Below are positions 23,401 to 37,100 of a stretch of DNA of 64,000 bases, in pieces. Origin of the DNA: Macrostomum lignano (Eukaryota); NCBI GenBank assembly GCA_002269645.1, contig NIVC01001071.1:124001-188000 (forward strand), given 5' to 3'. Position numbers and translations under genes: made by a program. Numbering within the stretch: the first letter of the stretch is position 1; every line of letters starts with the position of its first letter. The notes under the pieces were generated by a model that saw only the letters and a program-made list of their open reading frames with translations, had not been told where the DNA came from and searched no databases.

Positions 23401-26400
23401 TCTGTTGAACTTATTGTTTGTTTTAAAGACCCAATGCAGAAGCAAAAGGCAAAATCTGCGCTCCTGATATCGCACTTTAAGCGACATTGTCAAACAACCG
23501 GCGAGAGGCATTACTGCCCATTCCGCCGACTCCCCTGAGCAGGCACACAAGCGCGCGGATACGTACGCAGTCATACGCGCAGGCACACACTCACACACAG
23601 GAGTGCACAGCAGCCCTAACTTTATTTATCGTTAGGCATGTACACTTCACTGTGCCTTGGGGGTTGGCCCTCAAGGCCGTTAATTGCATGAGCAGAGCCA
23701 AGCCGAGATTCCAGTTTAGGCCCAAATTAATGCGACTGCACTTGGAATCGAGCCTGGGCCGCTGGCAAATCATATAAGAGGACCGCGATAGACCACCAGG
23801 CTACGGCCCTCCTGCTTGCCCTAGCAAGTTTTACTGGAAGGTAACTAACTGTATTAACACGAAAATCAACTAACAAATCAACTTTGGTTTGCGTCGGAAT
23901 TTTTTTCCGCAAGATTCTCCTCACATTGCGCAAAGCGAAGTCGGGCAAGAATTTGGCGGTGCCAAAGTCAGCTGGCGCAGTTGTAACGCTGCTATCGATG
24001 AAATCCTTTCCGTGCGACAGGTGGGAGGGCGAATTAGAAAGAAAGCTAGGGCTTCATAGAAATTAACTGTTGGAGTTTGACGGTTGAACTAGCGCTGCCA
24101 GAGTCACAGAGAATGACTCAAAGACGCGTTAGACAGATACGCTAAATACGAGTAGAAAACAGAAATGGTAAAACTCGTTGCGTTAATATTTTTTAAAAGC
24201 TCTGTGTTTGGAAGTCGAGCCAGGAAATCAAGTCCAGAATTCGATTTCAGAACGCCTATAAAGTATAAATGCAAGTCAAAACAGAATTACTGGCAAAATG
24301 ATTCAGAGGCAGCAGCTCAACCAACCAGGTTACTAGTACGTTGTCCATTTTAAAGCATTGAAATCAAAGGAATCCTTGCAAGTCGTTTAGAAGCTGTTCG
24401 AGTAAATTCGACTCAAACAGTGACTACTGGTCGCTTTCACGAGCTGTTAATTTAATATCGTCGAAATAATTAATGCTGTGAGCTGGGTGAAGTAACTGGC
24501 AAGACTTTTTCTCTTCAAGGACATGAGGTTTCGAGCTTTTGAAAGTGACAGGCAACTTTTTGACAATAGCTACAAAGTTTTGAAATTTCTAGCTTACAAA
24601 ACGCTTCCCCCCACCTAATCGGAGCATGAAGCCAATAAGTAATGAAAACAGTAGCAGTATGGCCGAGTTATAAAAGAGAAAAAGCAATTTTTTTATTAGA
24701 GAACTATGAGAACTATGTGGCAAAGTTAAAAAGAAAACTATTGACCTTAAAATAAGACTTTTAATATCGGATCAATAATTAAGCTTTTAGAATACAAAAA
24801 CCGGATAGTTTTGAAGTAGTGGAGAAGCTACTGAATCTTTCAAATTCTCTTTGAAATTGAATAGCTTAATAATACTAAAAAAAACTGTATGGCTTATCAC
24901 AGATTCTGATCTACACTTTCATCTAGGATGCAAAGGAAATCAAGTCTAACACAAGATCTGGAGTTACTTATGTAAATTAAATCTTTAGAAAGTCTACTTT
25001 GAAAGTTTGTACTGGTGATTTGGATAATTGAACTGAACCCCCACTTCACATACACTGGGTTTCCCAAAATATTTCTTGATAAATTTATTATTAAATGGGT
25101 TTTCACATCGGTGCAGTAAATAATTCCATCTACTTAAAGTGATTTCTATAGGCTTTAATCCTGAGATTTAATCCTGAACGACAGCAACATTTGAAACTCG
25201 TGGTGGGGTAAAGTAAAAAAGCTACTGCGTCACAGAACGTGCCTTCCAGGCCTAAATCTGAGCTTGCCTCGAGAGCTCACAAGACGGGCAATTTTAATCA
25301 ATTTTTTTCACCTGCGACTTGGATAAAACAATCTAAGGGTTTGTACATAAAGTAACGGGCGTGAGGTTGTCTAAAAGTAGTAGTTAAGCTGCTTAATTAC
25401 ACTAACGACGCTGACAACAAGAATCCCCATTATTATCGGGTAAAATACTTACATGTATAAATGCTTATCTCGTAAAATATAAAATTCGTCAACGAAAAAA
25501 GCCATTTCATTATCAGGAGTCCACTGGTAAGCATTTGATGAAAAATATCCCTCCCCAGTGAGAGATAAAACATTAGAGACTTTAGCCTGATCGAAATACA
25601 CTCCCTGAAACCGCTAGATAGCTGTCTATAACTTACTTGAATTCATACTGCTTCGCTTAAAAGTGACTAAATTTCATCAAGCTCTTAGTAAGATATGCCT
25701 CATAAGTTTATCTGGATTTAGACATCACCAGTGATCTATAACGCACCTGTTCCTCCACAAATCGATGCAGAATATTTTTAGTCTCATTAGTTAGAGGATC
25801 GTGCGAGAACTTGCAACTGGCCGCCATCTTGCACGAGTTGTGCATGTGATAGAATTTGCACGGAAAATCGTCGTGCATGTATAAGCAGTATTCCCCTTTT
25901 AGACAGCTGGACAAGGCGTAGAATTTGCATACTTCGCGTTTCCGCGGCGGCTTGAAGTCGTGACTAAACGGACAGTTGTCGGACTGTAAAGTAAGGTAGA
26001 ACAACAAAAACAGAGTGATTCAGATTGCCTTGTCAATAATTAAAGTGTGTAAATATATATATTAAATGCACATAAATGCATTGTGCTGATTTTATAATAA
26101 TACGAGTAGAAACATGTCCGAGTCTGATACAGCACACAGCGGAATGCACTGGAGCTCAGCTTAATTTTTGTCAATCAATGAATTACCTTGCCGCAGCGAC
26201 CCTCCATATAGTATTTGCAACGCGGCTTTTCGGCTTGTTGATCCTCGGGATCGGCATCTAGCAATTGTTGCTGCTGATCCTGCCGCTGCTGCTGCTGCCA
26301 CGGCCCGGTAGCTTGATGACCCCGGCGGCTACCACCACCGCCTCGTTGTTTGCCACGTTTGCCCGACGAATATGCCGACTGACTGTGTAAGCCGTGCTGA

Positions 26401-27302
26401 CGCTGATGATGAGCAAAATTCTGCTGCCTACTGCCGACGCCGAATTCTTCGTTAGCATCGTCGTAGTAATAGTCGACGCCATCTCCCACGCCGTTGCCGT
26501 CATCCGCCTCCACGCCGCCTGGAGACGCCGCGTCGTTGACGCGAACATCATCAACATCCGGTTGGTCGTAAATGTTAGTCGCATTACTAGCACCGTTCGG
26601 GTGATGCTGCGGTCTTCTAGGCAGCATCATCATACGGCGACGCATCGATTCGCTGTCACCGCCTGACGAAGATAATAGCGCTTGAGAGCTTTGCATAGCT
26701 CCTATTGGCGGTCTGTTAATGCTGTCGTACTGCGGCTGCTCCGGTGAGTAGCGATCGTATACTGAACCTGACGTCGGACTGAAGTAGTCGTTATCTAGCG
26801 GCGAATTCTCGTTGGCAAAATCTTCTGACAGTTGCGGCATGTCATGATCAACGTACGCTGCGTGTTTTCTCTGCGTTTGGGTGAGGGTAGCATGCTTAGT
26901 TAAGTTCAAATGACACAAAACCTTTTTACATGCACTTCGTACCTTTCTTCTTTTCGTAGGCACTACTTGATGCCCATCGTAGGCCGGTCTATCCGCTTCG
27001 CTGTCGTTACTAGAATGCCGACGCCTGTGCTGTTTCTTCTTCCGTTTGCTGCTTTTATGATGACGACGCTTCTCGGTGTCGTCGAATCCTTTAGCTGTTG
27101 AGGCAGCCTGCGAGCCGGGCGAAGCGATTCCGTGAGCGACCGATGTCGCAGTCTCTAGATCAGCTTGGGCAGGTTGAGTAGCAGGCATTTCTCCGACGTT
27201 AGCGGCAGACTCTGGCGCTACTGCAGTCTCATCCTCGCCGTCGTCGCTGATTTCGCCTTCCTCATAGTCGACTGCAGATTCCTGGTCCTCTGTTTTACTC
27301 AT
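17475..27302 (-). CDS. ZC3H4: ZC3H4/ZC3H6-like triple-CCCH zinc-finger protein, ~1078 aa, 8 exons
   Basis: Exons 27302-26187, 25983-25747, 23209-23125, 22938-22812, 22194-21964, 21034-20416, 19238-19116, 18173-17475. All junctions are GT-AG and the phases close (3237 nt). The N-terminus has YEEGEISDD. The fingers are CKYYMEGRCGK|SDNCPFSH, CKFYALSSCLKGEYCLYMH and CKFYHMHNSCKMAASCKFSH. The middle is Pro/Gln-rich, and the last exon has two DPR motifs. The symbol is family-level (ZC3H4/6/8). Confidence 0.85.
18255..19005. repeat. Intronic 20-bp minisatellite (gggattcctaatgtgggaat)
   Basis: Fills intron 7 of the ZC3H gene. Confidence 0.95.
19865..20330. repeat. Intronic 19-bp G-rich minisatellite (gggtgcaggggagtgaggt)
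   Basis: In intron 6 of the ZC3H gene; three units translate as PLHPPHSPAPTSLPCTHLT on the minus strand. Confidence 0.95.
21057..21812. repeat. Intronic 44-bp minisatellite (gtgagtgaatgagtcggtgaggatcgagttggtgaaggagtgag) x ~17
   Basis: Fills intron 5 of the ZC3H gene, ending ~20 bp from the acceptor. Confidence 0.95.
23610..23815 (-). mobile_element. tRNA-derived SINE-like element
   Basis: The minus strand shows an A-box-like TAGCCTGGTGG and a B-box-like GGCTCGATTCC, then a body containing ggccaacccccaaggcacag and an AATAAA tail. The body motif recurs at 8689-8711. Confidence 0.5.
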
Positions 27303-27519
27303 CTTTTATTGAAACAAAATTAACAGCTTGGCCATAAACGTTAATGCATACCACGTAGTAATTTTCATATTTATGACAATTAGGAGCATTAGAAATCATA
27401 TCATTGTTAAGTAACAAAAATATATGACAAACCAAAACAAATTATGTGTGGCTTGAGTTGCTTCGGGGCCTCAAGAACTAGTATGATGGCTACAGAGCAT
27501 GAAGATCTCAAAGGTGGCT

Positions 27520-28190
27520 TTAGAGCCCGAGAGGATCAGAGAAGGTGGCTTTAGAGCATGAAAATGTGAGGTGGCTCAGGGAGTGATGATCAGAGGTGGC
27601 TTCAGAGCCTGAGGATCTTAGAAGGTGGCTTCTGAGCCTGAGGATCAGAGAAGGTGGCTTCTGAGCCTGAGGATCTTAGAAGGTGGCTTCAGAGCCTGAG
27701 GATCTGAGAAGATGGCTTCAGAGCCTGATGATCAGAGAAAAAGGCTTCAGTCAGAGCCTGGATCAGAGAAAGTGGCTTCAGAGCCTAATGATCAGAGGTG
27801 GCTTCAGAGCCTGATGATCAGAGGTGGCTTTAGAGCCTGATGATCAGAGGTGGCTTCAGAGCCTGATGATCAGAGGTGGCTTCAGAGCCTGAGGATCTTA
27901 GAAGGTGGCTTCAGAGCCTGATGATCAGAGGTGGCTTTAGAGCCTGATGATCAGAGGTGGCATCAGAGCCTGATGATCACGGTGGCTTCAGAGCCTGAGG
28001 ATCTTAGAAGGTGGCTTCAGAGCCTGAGGATCAGAGAAGGTGGCTTCAGAGCCTGAGGATCTTAGAAGGTGGCTTCAGAGCCTGAGGATCAGAGAAGGTG
28101 GCTTCAGAGCCTGAGGATCTTAGAAGGTGGCTTCAGAGCCTGAGGATCAGAGAAGGTGGCTTCAGAGCCTGATGATCAGAGTTGGCTTCA
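27520..28190. repeat. 26-29-bp minisatellite (ggtggcttcagagcctgatgatcaga variants) upstream of the ZC3H start codon
   Basis: Direct inspection. Confidence 0.93.
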
Positions 28191-31100
28191 GAGCCACGCA
28201 TAGCTTACAAGCCTGGCTCAAGCTTAAAGTATGAACAACATTTGATCAATAATGAAGCCACTTACACCGACACAACTCATAGATAAATTTCATATGCGAC
28301 ATCTTTAACTATCTATGATTGATATCCTACTATCAGTAAAATAATAACATTTACAAGTCTATCCAAACTGCTCGATAAAGTCAAGATACCTATACACACT
28401 TGCACAATACATTTCCAAGATGGCGCCAGTAGCTATACTGTGTCTACTTAACTTATGGTTGTTATACATGGCATGCTACCAAATAGACATTTCCAATTCA
28501 GACACGTACAGGGGTCAATTTCAAATTCGAGAGAGGGACAGACGAGAGAGACTCAGAGAAGTGTACGGAGATTCGAGAGAAGAGATGAGCTTTGCAAGAA
28601 ATAGTGCTGTTATCTAATTTCGAGATTCTAAAATTAGCTCAAGCTTAAATTTTAAACAACATTCGATCAATAATGAATTATATTCATTCAAAGACGGGAA
28701 CTGGAAGAGCTTAAGAGAGGATTATTGATGAATCAATGACATCATGATAGGATGATACTGAAAGTACTCAGAGTAGGCAAGGGGGAATATTAGAGTTGAA
28801 TGGAATTCAGAAGTACTTAGAGCAATAAGTTAACTTAATAATATTCACCATAAGATCATTAATTTACATAATACGCATCACACGTTGCCTGCAATATAAA
28901 ATCAAATACAAACGCGCCGGGCGTCCTCTTGTTGCTATGCCGTCCCGAATGGCCAATGTTAGTTTTGGTTGCAGACGGTGCACTGTTGAATTGAAACGCT
29001 GCACGACGGCTCGGGTCACAGGGAGATCGGGTTTGTTAAAACAGAACCTGGTGACTTAAAATTTTGGCGAACGAACCCTCGGACACAATTTTACCATGTG
29101 AACATTCTTTTTATTAGCTAACAGTAAGTCTTGCCAACTGCATTCTTTTTGTCCGCTACGCTTGGTTACTTGTACCGTGTTGAAAGTTGGAAAAGAGGAG
29201 CTGCAATGCTAAGTCTGACAGATTTAAAAAAACTTGACAGTTGCTTGGCCTCGGCTCTTGTGTTTTAAGCAGAGAAGAAAAAACTTAGCTTAGTGGACTG
29301 AAGGATGCACTAGTGCGGGAAGGAAGGGGAGGGACGAGGGAAAGTCTAGAGCTAGAGACTTAAGTGCCACGTCAGCTTTCGTTCTAGAATAGTCTATGGT
29401 AAAAATCGATAAAAAGCTATGCTGAAAAGATTGTCGTTAAATTTTTTAAGTAAACAAACGAATGCTTTTATTCAAATTTTATGAATCTATCCACATACTA
29501 CTACTGTCACTAAGTAGACACATTTGAGCTTATGACACTAATCTTACAGAAAATGTCCTTAAAACGCTTGCATTACTCAAGTATTCGTTTGTTTTCAATT
29601 TAACCATGTCTATTACTTATCATGAGCTAGAAAATACCACTAGATTTGCAATACTCTGGTAGCTGGTAGCACTTACTGTCTATGCAAACAGCATAACCAA
29701 ACAAACAGCAGCTAGCTAACTACTGCGGATATATACATTACGCATACAATTGTAATACTGATAAGCAGGTTGTAATTGTAAGCTAAATTCTTCAGGATTC
29801 GTGGGATTCACTTACCATGTATTCGGAGTTAAAAAACTTAGAGAAAACTAGGAAAGGAAGGAGACTAAAAAATATCTATTCCACCCAAGAAAGACCTAGA
29901 GTCTGAATCTTAAGACTAAGCCATGGATTACTACTCTGTACTCCTTGGTCTAGTCTAGGGTCGAAGCTCTATTCTCTACTAAATTCACTGGACTCATTGG
30001 CTGTAACAGTCATAATCCAACAGTTCTATCTTAAAGTCATTCTAAGCCCATTGGACAAAATGGGGTTAGCATGACACCTGCTAAACTCTCCAGACTTCAA
30101 TCATTAGCCTGAGAATTCGAATGAAATGCAGTTCATTGAAACACTGTCTAAGGGCAATGGGTAACGGGACCTACGAAAGCAGATTTCGACTCTTGAAACT
30201 GAACTGAACCTAATTTAAAGACTTGTCACTTGTCAGTCTCAAACCATCTCAGATGAAGTAAATCTCTGCCGTAGTTGTGGGAAGCTGGAGTAGATTGATG
30301 CATTCTAACCAACTTAAAACGCCTTAACTTTGAATCAAATCCATTTCATAAAAATCCATTCCCAATGCTCTCTTAATTAAGAGATCATTGTCATTCTATC
30401 TAAGCAATAAGTCACCATGTAGACAGACACTGTTCGGGAAACTTGAAGACGGACCGCGAAAACAAGAAATTTTCGACGCGCTTGTAAACGTGTTGTTGGG
30501 TTGGGACGCAAAAGATAGGCAAGAGAGCCGTGTGCATTTTCAAAGCAAGCTTGCAAATTCCAGCTTAGATCCAACAGAGCTTTCCTTCAGCTATCAGGGC
30601 GCGCCGGCAGTAAAAAGGGAGGGGTTAAAGGGGTGGTTGGTGAGGCCAGGCTACTAACTCGCTGAAATCAATAGTAAAGCTCTTAGGCACAAGAGCGGTA
30701 TATGAGGTTGCTATTGCCAACGCTTTGTGTACAAAGTCGTGGAGGGTAAGAAATTATCGATTTAAGCGCGTGAAATTAATGTACACGCAGAGAGGGCTTT
30801 CACCCCTCCCCCGCGGACCCACTGTGTCGGCCATGTGTGGAGGGAGAGAGCTTGTGAAGGGAAAGAGCCAGGCTTGGGTGGGGGTCGGGGCCTTGGGGGA
30901 GAGAGAAGACTAATGTCCACGCTCAAGTTGAAAAAAAGGAAAGAGGGGCAAGAAAACGAGATGTCTGTCTCTGCATGTACATTGTACACTAAATTGTACA
31001 CTTATTTTTGGCCAAACCAGCAAAGCAAATTGAAGCCCTTGCAAATGCCAGTGCAACTTAGTCAGTATTCAGTAAGTAGTTAGTCAGTCAGACAGGCAGA

Positions 31101-33505
31101 GAACTGCTTTTCATAGAATTGCATTCGGGCATGAGCATGCATTAGAGTAAAAATGAGAACGAGATTTTCTGAAATCTTCCGCATACCCACAGACAACTCA
31201 TTTTTAGTATATAGGAAGTTAAAATAAAAATTTTTGAAGTCTGCAATGATTGATAGACCCGGGCCCCGGGAAACTAAACTTCAAAAAACTCGGGGAGTCG
31301 TCTGAAGCCTTATCTAAACTCAATCTCATTCTCATCTCTTGATTCCACTCCGCTCCCTTCGCTTCAGTTCAGCTAACAGCTTCAGTTCGCTTCGTCTCTC
31401 AGACATCTCAGCAGTCAGCACAGCACTGCAACAGTCTCACTTTCTCAACTGACTCTCACACGACTCGCACTCCTTGTTATCACAGCTTGGCAATGGCAAC
31501 ATACCAGCAGCGAACTAGTGACTCACTAGTTCACTAGTTGTAGTTAGTACAGTAACAGTAGTGATGTGACTTGAGTCTTAACTGCACATTATACAATCGC
31601 AGGATCGAGATTCAACCTACTAAAAGTAACATTGTTGAAATGTATAATAAATTTTTTAGACATTTCTATTCTGTGATCACTACTACATTGTTATTTTGCC
31701 AGACAGGGCCGCGTCGCCAGAAAAAGCTATTGGGGTAGACAGGTGACATACACAGCAACACTGAAAATCCGTCAGCCCGTCACCCTTTGCCCCAGTGAGC
31801 AGTGTCTTTCGACCAGCGTCTATCACCTGGCCGACCATTTTGATACTAAAAAATGCTTGAAAAAGAATAAAAAACGGGGCGGATGCTTCAAGTCAGAGTG
31901 AGAGTGTCAGAGTGAGTGTCAGAGTGAGGGTGTCAGAGTAAGGGTTGTCTGAGTGAGTGTCAGAATAATCCATCCAATCTTCGCCATCTGCTGCTCCAAA
32001 TCCCCCCTCACTCAGCCCAACTCTGCTTCGCGTGGCGCAAGTTGCGTCTCTCAAAAGTCAATACTCATCTAGAATTTAGTGCGCACTCTCAAAGGTGACG
32101 ACTTTTTAATGTTTTTGATCACATGCAAGCATGCTTTGTCCCAAGCTTCCACCGAACTGTTGTGGACTGTTGTGAAAATCAATATTTGCTTCAAGTGCAC
32201 CAAAATAAAGCGCCTGCGGCGCCAAAACGAGTGTCCGCGGCGCCAAAAATTCAGAGTCCGTATATCGTATAGTGTGTGCGGTTACGAGCAAATGAATTAT
32301 TTGATAATTTTTGGCGCAAAAAGTTTTTTCTTAGCTAATGTCTTAAAAGCGAGACCTGAATATGTACCTGAATATGTATAAAGGTCACTGGGAGCAAACT
32401 AGGTCAAATACTCAACAGCGCTATACATATACTATATTTATGCATACTACTCGATTTATAATTAGCAATCACGCGGATATTTTATATTTAGTCGTGATTA
32501 TAGCTATTAATTAAGACCAACGACAAACATAAATAATTGTTGCTACTTTGAAGCGAGTTGATAAGAAAATAAAGTTAAAAAAGGTTCTCTGACGTGCGTT
32601 GCACAAAAAAATTATAAGCCAGAACGAATAAGCTACCAAAGCGTTCTTCCGGTAGTATTGGTATTATATTATAAGTTTTTATTTAAAAAAAACAAAAATG
32701 TTAAAAAAATCTATTTAATGTTTTTAAATGAGTAGGGTTTTTAGAGACCCCAAGAGAGAATGAAAAGTTCACCTTTAGGTTTGTTTGAAAAATAAAGCAA
32801 TTTGACTTGGTTTTCTTCCAAGAAACGTTATCAAAAAACATAAAACATCATTATACATTTTCGACATATCATCATTATCAATCAAATAAACTATAGCTGT
32901 CAGTGTTAGTTGTCTCTAAAATTACCTCACGCTGCACGTATACATACTTAAATTGAATTGCGTAATTTAGCTGACTATCAGGAACACTTCTTTTCTGCGC
33001 ATTATCAGATTTTCTACTAAGCCAAAATCAATTGAAATTTTATTGTAGGTGATGTTTTTTTCATAATTGTTTTGAATTTTTTATCTTAACTTTTTTGCCT
33101 AAAATTTCCCTAATTAAAGCGATTGATCCTAGTTTTTAGCCTCAGGCCGTTGGCTATGCATTGTATTTTTAATAATTTAATATTTTGTTTATAAGTTTAT
33201 ATGGCTTCTTGCCATAGCTGGGAAGGTGGCAGTTTTTGGTGAATTTTCCCACGTACATGGTGTACAAGGAAAAATTGGAAATGCTCTGGCGGCACACATG
33301 GCGCATAGCGCACTAAAATTTGGAAACACTCTAGCAGCGCACATGGCACATGGCACTGAAAAAATATATAGTTACACTTCGTTATAGTTATATTCATTAT
33401 TATACTATCAAAGAGTTTTTTAGATGCTATCAGAGTACTAAAATTATGTAAATCATGATATAAAATACATAAATGAAATTTAAATTTGTCTATTGTAAAT
33501 TCAAA

Positions 33506-33860
33506 TCCTATATACTAAAAATGAGTTGTCTGTGGGTAGGTAGGTAGGTAGGTAGGTATGCGATAGATTTCAGAAAAATTGGCTCAACCGATTTTCTTCA
33601 AACTTGCACCATTCGATCAGAAATTTTTCTGGGACGGTACATGCATCTTGGCTAAGAAATTGCTCAATATTAAAGGGATTAAATATTTGAAAAACATGCT
33701 TTTTTGCAAAGGTCAAGCAGCTCTTTCAACCTAAAATGCATTGTAAGAATGCTAGAGAAAAAACTGACTGACTGAATTTCAATTCTGATACAGATTGCAT
33801 CACAAGTTGAAAACAGTGTCGAAAAAATGCACACAAGGCTTGATTGTATTTGCGTAACCA
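33506..33860 (+). mobile_element. Non-autonomous Helitron-like element, 5' part
   Basis: A|TCCTATATACTAAAAATGAG start, (GGTA)n microsatellite, then ggctcaaccgattttcttcaaacttg. This layout is typical of invertebrate non-autonomous Helitrons. No 3' hairpin/CTRR end was identified. Confidence 0.4.
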
Positions 33861-33991
33861 TAGCTATTGCTAACTTGAATTGAGACTGATACTGGCTGAC
33901 TGAGAAATTGATTATGTCATAACTTTTTACTCTAACTGACTTGCTATAAGAATTGAATTATAAGGGCCACAATTCATGTTCTCCAATTGAA

Positions 33992-34060
33992 AGAGATAGC
34001 CAAGATGCGAACAGACTGGACTGCTAATGTAGCGACCTAGGTTTGAATCTTAGTAGTGCA
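33992..34060 (+). pseudogene. Degenerate tRNA-like sequence (SINE head or tRNA pseudogene)
   Basis: A-box-like TAGCCAAGATG, loop ctgga CT GCT AA tgtag, and T-arm ctagg tttgaat cttag. The acceptor and anticodon stems are imperfect. Confidence 0.4.
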
Positions 34061-34104
34061 AAATAATTTTTTTATTAAAACACTTTAAAACACAAAATGC
34101 TAAA

Positions 34105-37100
34105 CATAAAAGAAGCGCAATGTCAAATATAAAAGTGCCACCATGTCGAACACAGAAGAGACACCATGTCAAACATAAAAGAGCCACCATGTAAATCATA
34201 AAAGAGCCACCATTTCAAACATTAAAGAGCCACCATTTCAAACATAAAAGAGCCACCATGTCAATCATAAAAGAGCTACCATGTCAATCATAAAAGAGCC
34301 ACCATGTCAAACATTAAAGAGCCACCATGTCAAACATTGAAGAGCCACCATGTAAAACATATACATGCTATCAAACATTAAAGAGCCACCATGTCAAACA
34401 TATATATGACTCCATGTCGAACATTAAAGAGCCACCATGTCAAACATCAAAGAGCCACCAAGTCAAACATTAAAGAGCCACCATGTAAAACATATACATG
34501 CTATCAAACATTAAAGAGCCACCATGTCAAACATATACATGTATATGACTCCATGTCGAACATTAAAGAGCCACCATGTCAAACATATATATGACTCCAT
34601 GTCGAACATTAAAGAGCCACCATGTCGAACATAACAGAGACAACATTTCAAACATAAAAGCGCTATCATGTCAAACATAAAAGAGCCACCATGTCAAAAA
34701 TAAAAGAGCCACCATGTCGAACATAGAAGAGCCACCATGCCAAATATAAAAGAGCCACCATTCCAAACATTAAAGAGCCACCATGTCAAACATTTAAGAG
34801 CCACCATGTCAAACATAAAAGAGCCACCATATCAGACATAAAATAGCAACGATGTCAAACATAAAAGAGCCACCATGTCAAACATAAAAGAGCCATCATG
34901 TCAAACATAACAGAGACAACATTTCAAAAGTAAAAGGGCCGCCATGGCAAACATTAAAGAGCCACCATGTCAAACATAAAAGAGACACCATATGTCGAAC
35001 ATTAAAGAGCCACCATGTCAAACATTAAAGAGCCACCATGTCTAACATTAAAGAGCCACCATGTCAAACATTAAAGAGCCATCATGTCGACCATTAAAGA
35101 GACACCATGTCGACCATTAAAGAGACACCATGTCGAACATTAAAGAGCCACCATGTCGAACATTAAAGAGCCACCATGTCCAACATATATGTGACTTCAT
35201 GTCAAACATTAAAGAGCCACTATGTCTAACATTAAAGAGCCACCATGTCTAACATTAAAGAGCCACCATGTCGAACATTAAACAGCCACCATGACTAACA
35301 TTAAAGAGCCACCATGTCGAACATTAAAGAGCCACCATGTCCAACATATATGTGACTTCATGTCAAACATTAAAGAGCTATCATGTCAAAAATAAAAGAG
35401 CCACCATGTCTAACATTAAAGAGCCACCATGTCTAACATTAAAGAGCCACCATGTCGAACATTAACGAGCCACCATGTCCAACATATATGTGACTTCATG
35501 TCAAACATTAAAGAGCCACCATGTCTAACATTAAAGAGCCACCATGTCTAACATTAAAGAGCCACCATGTCTAACATTAAAAAGCCACCATATCTAACAT
35601 TAAAGAGCCACCATTTCAAACATATATATGACTTCATGTCAAACATTAAAGAGCCATCATGTCGAACATTAAAGAGCCACCATGTATAACATTAAAGAGC
35701 CACCATGTCTAACATTAAAGAGCCACCATGTCGAACATTAAAGAGTCACCATGTCTAACATTAAAGAGCCACCATGTAAATTATAAAAAAGCCACCATGT
35801 CAAACATAAAAGAGCCGCCATGTCCAACACATATGTGACTCCATGTCAAACATTAAAGAGCCACCATGTCAAACATAAAAGAGCCATCATGTCAAACATA
35901 AAAGAGCCATCATGTCTAACATTAAAGAGCCACCATGTCTAACATTAAAAAGCCACCATGTCTAACATTAAAGAGCCACCATGTCTAACATTAAAGAGCC
36001 ACCATGTCGAACATTAAAGAACCACCATGTCTAACATTATAGAGCCACCATGTCGATCATTAAAGAGCCACCATGTCAAACATAAAAGAGCCATCATGTC
36101 AAACATTAAAGAGCCACCATGTCAAACATATATATGACTCCATGTCGAACATTAAAGAGCCACCATGTCGAACATAACAGAGACAACATTTCAAACATAA
36201 AAGAGCTATCATGTCAAACATAAAAGAGCCACCATGTCAAAAATAAAAGAGCCACCATGTCGAACATAGAAGAGCCACCATGCCAAATATAAAAGAGCCA
36301 CCATTCCAAACATTAAAGAGCCACCAAGTCAAACATTTAAGAGCCACCATGTCAAACATAAAAGAGCCACCATATCAGACATAAAATAGCAACGATGTCA
36401 AACATAAAAGAGCCACCATGTCAAACATAAAAGAGCCATCATGTCAAACATAACAGAGACAACATTTCAAACGTAAAAGGGCCGCCATGGCAAACATTAA
36501 AGAGCCACCATGTCAAACATAAAAGAGACACCATATGTCGAACATTAAAGAGCCACCATGTCAAACATTAAAGAGCCACCATGTCTAACATTAAAGAGCC
36601 ACCATGTCAAACATTAAAGAGCCATCATGTCGACCATTAAAGAGACACCATGTCGACCATTAAAGAGACACCATGTCGAACATTAAAGAGCCACCATGTC
36701 GAACATTAAAGAGCCACCATGTCCAACATATATGTGACTTCATGTCAAACATTAAAGAGCCACTATGTCTAACATTAAAGAGCCACCATGTCTAACATTA
36801 AAGAGCCACCATGTCGAACATTAAACAGCCACCATGACTAACATTAAAGAGCCACCATGTCGAACATTAAAGAGCCACCATGTCCAACATATATGTGACT
36901 TCATGTCAAACATTAAAGAGCTATCATGTCAAAAATAAAAGAGCCACCATGTCTAACATTAAAGAGCCACCATGTCTAACATTAAAGAGCCACCATGTCG
37001 AACATTAACGAGCCACCATGTCCAACATATATGTGACTTCATGTCAAACATTAAAGAGCCACCATGTCTAACATTAAAGAGCCACCATGTCTAACATTAA

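Noticed and set aside
28930-29110. Possible THAP-domain fragment on the minus strand
   Set aside because: The C2CH signature could not be reconstructed in any frame.
31703-31745. hAT-like left end cagggccgcgtcgccag
   Set aside because: No matching right TIR or TSD was found nearby.
33992-34060. Functional tRNA-Ser(GCT)
   Set aside because: The acceptor and anticodon stems are broken and the long variable arm is missing, so it is kept only as a degenerate tRNA-like head.
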